Positions 57,070 to 64,000 of a stretch of DNA of 64,000 nt are shown piece after piece. The stretch spans positions 1 to 64,000 of the IMG/VR virus record IMGVR_UViG_3300023174_000039. One strand, 5' to 3'. Each line of letters starts with the position of its first letter. Positions within the stretch are counted from its first letter, which is position 1. Position numbers and translations under genes: made by a program. The notes below the pieces were generated by a model, which saw only the letters and a list, made by a program, of their open reading frames with translations, was not told the origin of the DNA and ran no database searches.

Positions 57070-58961
57070 TGAAATATCTAACAAAACTACTAGAAGGCGG
57101 CAATGTGTTCAAGGACAAACAAGGCCAGCCACTCACACAACGCATCAATCAAGCTGATGTGCCTGCCACCATCAAATACATTGAAAATATTTTGGGAATT
57201 GAATTCCCGCCCGAACGCTGGTTGGGATCTACGGGCCGCAAGCCCACATCAGGCGACTTGGATCTTGGTGTGGACCTAAATGAAATTGACAAAGATCAAT
57301 TGGCTGCTGCACTACAGCAAATTGTAACTGGCCAGGGACTGGATCCACGTGAATGGGTTGTTAAAAAGGGCGAAGTACACTTTAGAACCCCCATTGCTGG
57401 AGATCCCAACAAAGGTTATGTACAAACAGACTTTATGTTTTTCCCCAATTTGGACTGGGGCACATTCTATTATGGTGGCGCAGAAGGGTCTGCATACAAA
57501 GGCATGAACCGCAATGTGCTAATGTCAAGTATGGCCAAGGCCTTGGGCTTTAAAGTGGGTGCAAATGGCATGTTCAGCAGATCAACTGAGCAACTGGTTC
57601 CTGGCGGAATGGATCCCAATCATGTGGCTCAAGTGTTATTGGGCCCAGCATTCACAAAAGAAAATCTAAAGAATGTGGAAAGCATCTACGCCGCATTGAG
57701 TAATGATCCCAATAAAGATGCCAAGCTAAAAGATTTCCGTGAATATCTAGCACGTGAAGGATTCAAAGAGCCACAACTGTCGGTGTCTGAAGATGATGTG
57801 GGCTTTTTGGGACGCCTGCGTGATCGTATTGTTAACAAGGGCTATGTGGCACTGGTAGAAGCCGAGGAACCTGGAGTAGGCGGCCGAGCCAAGGGCATTG
57901 AACACCTGGAAGATCTAGTGTTCCGTCGTGGCACACAAGGTATTCAAGACGCCTTGGACATTGTGCAACATGCTACAGAGAATCCCCGAACAACCACTGC
58001 CAAGTGGGACGGTAAGCCAGCTGTGATTTGGGGTCGCAAACCCAGCACAGGCGAGTTTGTGTTGACTGATGGATCCGGCTTTGAAGCCAAGGGCTACGAC
58101 GGTCTTGCTACCAGTCCACAAATGATGGCTGCTATCCAACGCACACGGTCAGGCAATCGCGATGAATTGATCAACTTGTATGCACAGCTATTCCCTGTGC
58201 TAGAAGCCACACTGCCAGCCAACTTCCGCGGCTACGTCAAAGGTGATCTGTTGTACATGTCAACCCCGCCAGAAATTGCCGGTAACTATGTGTTCCGCCC
58301 CAACACTATTGAGTATAAAATTCCAGCTCGAAGTAAATTGGGACAACGCATCGGAAACAGTGACATTGGTATTGCTGTACACTCAATGTATTCGGATGTG
58401 GGCGATGCACGTCAACCACTTAAAGGTGTGACATTTAATGAAGTACCTGGCCTAATGCTAGAGCGTCCAGCAACACCATCAGCATTGGTAACAGAACCTG
58501 CCAAAGTCAAACAACTCAAGCAATTGATACGCACAGATGGTGCAGACATTGCCACATTGTTTAATCCTGCCGAACTGCGAGCACACAAGATCACAGACCT
58601 TGCCAAACTATGCGTGGACTATATCAACACCAAGGTTGGTGCACCACTGAACCCGCAAACACTATTGCCCGAGTTTGGCCACTGGTTGCAAAGCCGAGTA
58701 ACACCCAGCAAGTTCCGTAATATTGTGGAGTATCTGGAAAGCCCCAGTAGCAATACCCCTGCGCTGGCCGCTGCCTTTACTGCGTTTATACTGTTGCATG
58801 ATTTGAAGATGGACATTCTAAAACAAGCAGATCTAGAGCATCCAGGACAAGAAGGCTGGGTCATGGCCACCCCTGCAGGTTATGCCAAGGCTGTAAATCG
58901 CTTTGATCCCAATGCTTTTGCTGCTCAAAATCGGCAGAGAAATAACCCTCAACCCACGTGA
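57069..58961 (+). CDS. Fusion of Pol-beta-type nucleotidyltransferase and RNA-ligase-like (KxDG) domain
   Basis: GSTG..SGDLD..VQTD in the N-terminal half; KWDG, KGDLL, EGWV and YAK ligase motifs in the C-terminal half. Confidence 0.7.
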   Translation: MKYLTKLLEGGNVFKDKQGQPLTQRINQADVPATIKYIENILGIEFPPERWLGSTGRKPTSGDLDLGVDLNEIDKDQLAAALQQIVTGQGLDPREWVVKKGEVHFRTPIAGDPNKGYVQTDFMFFPNLDWGTFYYGGAEGSAYKGMNRNVLMSSMAKALGFKVGANGMFSRSTEQLVPGGMDPNHVAQVLLGPAFTKENLKNVESIYAALSNDPNKDAKLKDFREYLAREGFKEPQLSVSEDDVGFLGRLRDRIVNKGYVALVEAEEPGVGGRAKGIEHLEDLVFRRGTQGIQDALDIVQHATENPRTTTAKWDGKPAVIWGRKPSTGEFVLTDGSGFEAKGYDGLATSPQMMAAIQRTRSGNRDELINLYAQLFPVLEATLPANFRGYVKGDLLYMSTPPEIAGNYVFRPNTIEYKIPARSKLGQRIGNSDIGIAVHSMYSDVGDARQPLKGVTFNEVPGLMLERPATPSALVTEPAKVKQLKQLIRTDGADIATLFNPAELRAHKITDLAKLCVDYINTKVGAPLNPQTLLPEFGHWLQSRVTPSKFRNIVEYLESPSSNTPALAAAFTAFILLHDLKMDILKQADLEHPGQEGWVMATPAGYAKAVNRFDPNAFAAQNRQRNNPQPT

Positions 58962-59024
58962 TTTTTGCCAAAAGGCTAAATAAAAGCAGACCCACTGTGG
59001 TCACAAACTTAAAGGAAATTCATC

Positions 59025-59426
59025 ATGGCATATTTAATCCCCGTAAATGGCGATTCACAACCAGTATTCGCAATCGACGTACTGAACGGCCCTGTAAGCG
59101 CATCAGCTTCCACAGCCGCTACACCAGTTAACCTAGCTGGTCCTAAACTAGACTTCTTCCGTGCTGTCGCCAACACCACTGTTGTTTCACAACAAGGTGT
59201 GCAAGAGTATGTTGGAAACGTTATTCAAGCTATCCAACAAACTGCTACAGTTGCAATGTATCAAGTTGACGGCACAGTGTTGAGCTTTGCTACGTACCCA
59301 ACAGGTGCGTTTGCTAATGCTACAACAAACACCAGCGCCGCTACCTTCTTGGCCGCTGCCAACGTAACCTACACAGGTTACCAGTTAGACAGTTGCACCA
59401 GCGTTGGCTTCAAGCTATCGACCTAA
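59025..59426 (+). CDS. Small structural protein, probably abundant (possible capsid decoration)
   Basis: Own late promoter (58977-58982), AAGGA RBS and own terminator; A/T/V-rich. Confidence 0.6.
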   Translation: MAYLIPVNGDSQPVFAIDVLNGPVSASASTAATPVNLAGPKLDFFRAVANTTVVSQQGVQEYVGNVIQAIQQTATVAMYQVDGTVLSFATYPTGAFANATTNTSAATFLAAANVTYTGYQLDSCTSVGFKLST

Positions 59427-59445
59427 TCAATCTTTGATTAACAAC

Positions 59446-59476
59446 AAGCCCGGCTTAGAAATATCCCGGGCTTTTT
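59446..59476 (+). terminator. Rho-independent terminator
   Basis: AAGCCCGG/CCGGGCTT stem followed by a T run. Confidence 0.8.
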
Positions 59477-59499
59477 GTTGGCCGTTAAATACTCCTATA

Positions 59500-59922
59500 A
59501 TGCGAATACTCTGTAGAACTCTTTTTGATTGCTCGGCCACTGGCATCACTGGTCATTATAGACCCAGCCAGATACCATTTACGGATGGTGCTGGCAACAC
59601 AATTAAAAATCAGCACGACTGGACATTTGCCAGGAATCAGCAACGCAATTGGGAAACTCTGAATCAACTGATCAGCTTGCGTACACAACCAGTGGATGTT
59701 GTGCCCTTGGGATGTGATTCGGGCATTTGGCATTTTGAATTTGAAGTTGAACACGGAGAAGTATACAGCACTACTGGATATGTAGGTGACTTGACTGGCT
59801 TGGTAAATGAATGTGCTGGTGTGCCTATGTTGACAGGACTGACAGAAAAGTTAACTGAGCAAGCTGTATTAGTAACCCAAGGCGCAGATCAGAACATTTG
59901 GTTTGAACCCATAAATAAATGA
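59500..59922 (+). CDS. Hypothetical late protein
   Basis: Start at MRILCRTLFD, 8 nt after TAAATA 59486-59491. Confidence 0.7.
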   Translation: MRILCRTLFDCSATGITGHYRPSQIPFTDGAGNTIKNQHDWTFARNQQRNWETLNQLISLRTQPVDVVPLGCDSGIWHFEFEVEHGEVYSTTGYVGDLTGLVNECAGVPMLTGLTEKLTEQAVLVTQGADQNIWFEPINK

Positions 59923-59934
59923 TGGGAACCCATT

Positions 59935-60195
59935 ATGGACACAACTGATATTGAAAAAAAGAGTCTTGAAGCGCACGTGGAATTATGTGCCGAGCGATAT
60001 AAATTGCTAGAACTCAAATTAGAGACTGTGGAGTCCACAGTGGACAGTCTCAGAGACACCATTGACCAAGTACACAATATAGTGCAAGGAATGGCAGCCA
60101 AACGCAATGATCAATTGATCCACTGGGGATCGGGCGTCATTGGTGTGCTGTTAGGCACCATTGGATGGCTGGTTTCGCATTACATACTCAAATGA
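59935..60195 (+). CDS. Coiled-coil protein with C-terminal transmembrane helix (XhlA/holin-like architecture)
   Basis: HVELCAERY coiled coil followed by WGSGVIGVLLGTIGWLV. Confidence 0.6.
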   Translation: MDTTDIEKKSLEAHVELCAERYKLLELKLETVESTVDSLRDTIDQVHNIVQGMAAKRNDQLIHWGSGVIGVLLGTIGWLVSHYILK

Positions 60196-60689
60196 ACAAA
60201 CAACACAAGCTAGAAGCTTTTGCCGCAAAAGAAATACTCAATCTGACTGATAAATTGATTGTGGGTGATGGCCGCGGCGGCATCTTGGCTTTTGGAAAAT
60301 ACAATATAGTTCCTACAGATTACAAGTTTGTGGTCAATATAAAAAATCAAGATTCTGTCACATTTGGCAGCAAACGCAGTGCAATCAGCTGGTGTATTGC
60401 AGATCAACACAATCAACTCACACTGGCACGTATTATACACACGCTAGACACTAAAAAACACACACTGGCAGCGGATATACACTGCCGCAAGACCCTTGCA
60501 GAACGTAGCAAGCACGAAGATTTTTACGAAGGTGTTTCCATCAAACTTCAACGCAAGATTGATCATATGGAAGCAGTTGATGCCGAATTAGAGAAATGTT
60601 TAATTTCGGCTAAATATATGCAAATTAGAGGATTCTCAAATGAAACTGCAAGAACTGGCCGCCCCGTCGCCAACAAAACAAATCGCTAA
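60192..60689 (+). CDS. Hypothetical protein
   Basis: ATGA-coupled; start at MNKQHKL. Confidence 0.7.
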   Translation: MNKQHKLEAFAAKEILNLTDKLIVGDGRGGILAFGKYNIVPTDYKFVVNIKNQDSVTFGSKRSAISWCIADQHNQLTLARIIHTLDTKKHTLAADIHCRKTLAERSKHEDFYEGVSIKLQRKIDHMEAVDAELEKCLISAKYMQIRGFSNETARTGRPVANKTNR

Positions 60690-61530
60690 AGTTTTCGAAA
60701 GTTACTTTGGTTCCAACATTGAATTTGACCGTTTGACTCAGCGTCAGACTCAACACCTGTTGCAACGTGTGCAAGGGTTGTTGCGTGAACATCGTTCAGG
60801 TTCAGACAGATATCAAAGCCAACAAAATCCAGGTTACCTTAAACTGGTAATGATGGAGCAGGCATTGACCACACGCATGGCCGAAGAAGCTATTCCTGTT
60901 GCTCCAGCCGCTGGTGTTGGTGCCGCACCCGGTGCCAAGCCTGCACAACCAAGCACTGTGCAAGTTAAAGATCCTAAATTGGCTGCCGCATTAAAGAAAA
61001 GCACAGCTGGTCAGGCATTGAATCCTGAAGAACAAAAGCTAGTGGCTGGTGCTGCCATGATGCAGGCTGAAAGCCGTTTGCGTCGTGCAATGACTCGATT
61101 GAACGAATCAGAAGTACAACAAGCCCAAGTGGTGTTGGCCGCACAAGACATGGTTGACAAGATGCAAGGCATGTTGGAAGATGTTACTGAGTTGCAGTTC
61201 AAAGAATTGCCAGCTCTGGTTGACTCAATCAAGAATCAAGTGGGTATTGACCAAGCCACACAATTCAACACAGATGCCACAGCCGCTCTTGCTGGCCTGG
61301 TACAGAATCTACAAGGCGCCAAAGCCGCATTGGATCAAGCACTTGGTGTGGTAACCGGTCAAGCACCTCCACCGGATGCTGGCATGGCAGCACCTGCTCC
61401 TGGCGCAGTTGATCCAGCAGCCGGTATGGCGCCACCTGCACCCGAAATGGGCGGCGAAATGCCTCCTGAGATGCCTGCTGATCCAGAAGCAGCCGCAGGC
61501 GGCCCTGCCCTAGGCAGAGCACGTAGATAA
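60640..61530 (+). CDS. Prohead core/scaffold-like protein
   Basis: MKLQEL start, LNESE site, helical core and P/A/G/M-rich tail. Confidence 0.55.
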   Translation: MKLQELAAPSPTKQIAKVFESYFGSNIEFDRLTQRQTQHLLQRVQGLLREHRSGSDRYQSQQNPGYLKLVMMEQALTTRMAEEAIPVAPAAGVGAAPGAKPAQPSTVQVKDPKLAAALKKSTAGQALNPEEQKLVAGAAMMQAESRLRRAMTRLNESEVQQAQVVLAAQDMVDKMQGMLEDVTELQFKELPALVDSIKNQVGIDQATQFNTDATAALAGLVQNLQGAKAALDQALGVVTGQAPPPDAGMAAPAPGAVDPAAGMAPPAPEMGGEMPPEMPADPEAAAGGPALGRARR

Positions 61531-61889
61531 TGCGATTCCGTGAATTCATAACAGAATCCACAACACCCAGCCCCGACGAACTGTTAGGGCTGGTCAACTT
61601 TCTTGCCGGACGTGCCGATGACGAAGGCGCACAAAAACAGATTTCTCGAGGTGCATTTATTAGTCTTGCACAAAGTCTAAACATCAATGTTACCGAAGAC
61701 AACATTGAAGAAATTGTAGGACAACCTCCACTGAGTTCGGTGCTGGAACCCATGACTCCAGAATCACAAGAAATCATATTCAAAGGCGCAGGCGAACCCG
61801 AAGCGCCTGCCACAATGCCTGTGAACAAAGCACAAGACATAGTTGCCAATGCCGCTAAATCGGCAATGAATAAACCACGAGGCGTTTAA
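61530..61889 (+). CDS. Probable internal head protein
   Basis: MRFREFITE N-terminus. Confidence 0.6.
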   Translation: MRFREFITESTTPSPDELLGLVNFLAGRADDEGAQKQISRGAFISLAQSLNINVTEDNIEEIVGQPPLSSVLEPMTPESQEIIFKGAGEPEAPATMPVNKAQDIVANAAKSAMNKPRGV

Positions 61890-61909
61890 TCAAAACTGTC
61901 AACATTTGG

Positions 61910-61938
61910 TTGACGGTAGGCGTTATATATAGTATAAT
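61910..61938 (+). promoter_or_regulatory. Sigma70-type early promoter
   Basis: TTGACG-N17-TATAAT. Confidence 0.85.
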
Positions 61939-61956
61939 AACTCAAAGGAGATCGCG

Positions 61957-62268
61957 ATGAAAAAGATCTTAATCACACTCATTTTAGCGGCAGCTGCCGT
62001 TCCTGCCTTGGCACAGCACTGGCAACATCACGGTTATAGACCCTACAGACCTTATGGACCTCCTGTATACAGTGGCGGTGGTTGGGTGGCACCACTCATA
62101 ATTGGTGGTGTAGTGGGTGCGGCAATTGCCAATCGTCCTGTGCCGGCAGAAACTGTGATTGTGCAGAGACAACCCGTAATTGTGCAACAGCAAGAATCAT
62201 GCACAGCTTGGAAAGAAATACAAACATCGGATGGTAACACCTACCGAGAAAGAACCTGTACACAATAA
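61957..62268 (+). CDS. Exported/membrane protein with signal peptide and glycine-zipper-like segment
   Basis: MKKILITLILAAAAVPALA, WVAPLIIGGVVGAAIA and a C-terminal Cys pair. Confidence 0.75.
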   Translation: MKKILITLILAAAAVPALAQHWQHHGYRPYRPYGPPVYSGGGWVAPLIIGGVVGAAIANRPVPAETVIVQRQPVIVQQQESCTAWKEIQTSDGNTYRERTCTQ

Positions 62269-62269
62269 T

Positions 62270-62662
62270 ATGGCATACTCACAAAAAGTTGTAGACCACT
62301 ACGAAAACCCACGCAACGTGGGTTCCTTCTCCAAGGACGACACTGACATTGGCACAGGCATGGTAGGTGCTCCTGCCTGCGGTGATGTAATGAAATTGCA
62401 GATCAAAGTTGTAGATGGAATAATTACAGATGCACGATTTAAAACATATGGCTGCGGGTCAGCCATTGCATCAAGTTCATTGATCACTGAAATGGTCAAA
62501 GGCATGACACTAGATAATGCTTCACAAATTAAAAACTCAGAAATTGCTGAAGAACTAGCACTACCTCCTGTAAAAATACACTGTAGTATTCTTGCAGAAG
62601 ATGCTATCAAAGCCGCAGTTGAAGACTACAGAAAGAAACATGACACAACGCATCTTAATTGA
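62270..62662 (+). CDS. iscU: Fe-S cluster scaffold IscU
   Basis: MAYSQKVVDHYENPRNVG, GAPACGDVM, TYGCGSA and LPPVKIHCS. Confidence 0.98.
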   Translation: MAYSQKVVDHYENPRNVGSFSKDDTDIGTGMVGAPACGDVMKLQIKVVDGIITDARFKTYGCGSAIASSSLITEMVKGMTLDNASQIKNSEIAEELALPPVKIHCSILAEDAIKAAVEDYRKKHDTTHLN

Positions 62663-63539
62663 CAAACTGGAATTTTATGTTACAAACGTTTGTAACTTGA
62701 CCTGCAACGGGTGTAACCGCTACAATAATTATAAATTTGCCGGATGGCAAAGTTGGGACGAATATGGCCCCATACTAGAACGCTGGGCAGAAAAAATTGA
62801 TATCCGCCATCCTGTTATTCTTGGCGGCGAGCCATTGCTCAATCCAGAAATCAACAAGTGGGTGGAAGGACTAAAACGCTTGTGGCCCGACCATTCCGGC
62901 GTACAAATTCAGAGCAACGGCACACGAATTGACAAGGTCAAGGGTTTGTATGAAGCTCTGGGCAACGGGCAAGGACACTGGATTGGTATCAGCATACACA
63001 ATCCCGACGACAAAGAAGAAATCTTTTCACGCATTAGAAACTTCTTGACAGCACCCATTACAGAAACCAGTGATCCCAATCATCCCATTGGTTCAGACTT
63101 TCAGTTTACTGACGTAAACAAAAACTATGTGCATGCCTGGATGAGCAACAAGTTTGTACAAAGTAATATTTTAGAATTGCCCAATGGAAGATTTGGACTG
63201 TACAACAGCGATCCTGTCAAGGCACATGACAATTGTGCCTTTGCTAGATTTAAAAACTATCACATGATCCGTGGCAAGATCTACAAGTGCGGCCCTGCTG
63301 CCTTGATGCCAGAATTTGATGAGCAGTATCAATTTGATATCTCGGACGAAGATCGATTGTTGATGAAAGGTTACAAGCCCTTGGCCATTGACGAGTTTGA
63401 CACACGTGGTGCTGAGTTCTTGGGCAATATTGACAATGTGATTGATCAATGCAAATTTTGCCCAGAATCATATGACTACAAACCTATTACTTTCACCAAC
63501 TTGAAAAAGAACTGGAAGAAAGATGATGTTGTAGCATGA
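62640..63539 (+). CDS. Radical SAM protein with C-terminal Cys cluster
   Basis: CNLTCNGC and GGEPLL; C..KC..CKFC at the C-terminus. Confidence 0.9.
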   Translation: MTQRILIDKLEFYVTNVCNLTCNGCNRYNNYKFAGWQSWDEYGPILERWAEKIDIRHPVILGGEPLLNPEINKWVEGLKRLWPDHSGVQIQSNGTRIDKVKGLYEALGNGQGHWIGISIHNPDDKEEIFSRIRNFLTAPITETSDPNHPIGSDFQFTDVNKNYVHAWMSNKFVQSNILELPNGRFGLYNSDPVKAHDNCAFARFKNYHMIRGKIYKCGPAALMPEFDEQYQFDISDEDRLLMKGYKPLAIDEFDTRGAEFLGNIDNVIDQCKFCPESYDYKPITFTNLKKNWKKDDVVA

Positions 63540-63859
63540 TCTCTGTAACAGATATTGCAGCCAATAAAATCTTAAAGAGCATTGCCAAACGCGGCCGAGG
63601 GCAAGGCATTCAAGTAGGTGTTAGAACTACAGGTTGCTCAGGCCTGGCCTACGTGCTAGAATATGTAGACAACCCCAACTTACATTGTGTTAGACACTAC
63701 GATAGCAATGGGGTTAGGATATTTGTAGATCCCAAGAACATACCTTATCTTGACGGCATGATTATCGATTTCAAAAGAAATGGCCTCAATGAAGGCTTTG
63801 AATTTATCAACAAAAATGAACGTGACCGCTGTGGTTGCGGAGAATCTTTTCGAGTGTAA
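63536..63859 (+). CDS. iscA: A-type Fe-S carrier IscA
   Basis: TTGCSGLAY and CGCGESF. Confidence 0.97.
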   Translation: MISVTDIAANKILKSIAKRGRGQGIQVGVRTTGCSGLAYVLEYVDNPNLHCVRHYDSNGVRIFVDPKNIPYLDGMIIDFKRNGLNEGFEFINKNERDRCGCGESFRV

Positions 63860-63861
63860 CT

Positions 63862-64000
63862 TTGTACAATCCAAAATTTGACTATAAGCCTATCCCACGA
63901 GTTGTGTTAGAAGGCAAACGTTTCTATGCCACCCCAGATGGACGAAACCTTCCTAGTGTAACTACTATACTTGACAAAACCAAAAGTCCAGACAAAATTG
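63862..64000 (+). CDS. N-terminus of a PD-(D/E)XK/Cas4-like phage exonuclease (truncated by the window end)
   Basis: TTG start; translates as YNPKFDY...GKRFYATPDGRNLPSVTTIL. Confidence 0.7.
   Translation, partial: MYNPKFDYKPIPRVVLEGKRFYATPDGRNLPSVTTILDKTKSPDKI

Noticed and set aside
21371-63539. rSAM genes as a 7-deazaguanine (QueE) or anaerobic RNR activase (NrdG) pathway
   Set aside because: No queC, queD, folE, dpdA or nrdD in the window, and the proteins are larger with auxiliary Cys domains; genes outside the window cannot be excluded
1-64000. Alternative genetic code (stop-codon reassignment), as in some large phages
   Set aside because: Core genes are full length in code 11, and TAA, TAG and TGA all occur at sensible gene ends
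1-64000. tRNA genes, CRISPR array, integrase/att sites
   Set aside because: No cloverleaf with T-loop consensus, regularly spaced repeat or recombinase motif was seen in the short intergenic gaps; a tRNAscan run would confirm

Overview
A 64 kb segment of a large lytic myovirus genome with T4-superfamily core genes in a rearranged, jumbo-phage-like order. It uses the standard genetic code, and I found no tRNA, CRISPR array or integrase. Core genes: neck and tail (gp13-, gp14- and gp15-like, sheath, tube, gp4), terminase, several probable protease-processed internal head proteins, and replication/recombination genes (gp32, UvsX, UvsY, UvsW, primase, helicase, clamp-loader small subunit, a miniature DnaE-like protein). 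The accessory content is unusually rich. Seven radical SAM enzymes (five N-terminal twitch type, one B12-dependent, one C-terminal Cys type) sit inside core operons, alongside phage-encoded MetK, IscU and IscA. An ~8 kb glycosyl/methyltransferase cluster follows metK. There is also a nucleotidyltransferase-RNA ligase-like fusion with a head-packaging-type N-terminus, a signal-peptide nuclease and homing-type endonucleases. Regulation is legible in the DNA: sigma70-type TTGAC-N17-TATAAT early promoters, and T4-type TAAATA late promoters that often lie only 4-8 nt before the start codon, implying leaderless mRNAs. All product calls come from motifs read by eye; no database search was run. Several start codons were corrected relative to the supplied ORF track.
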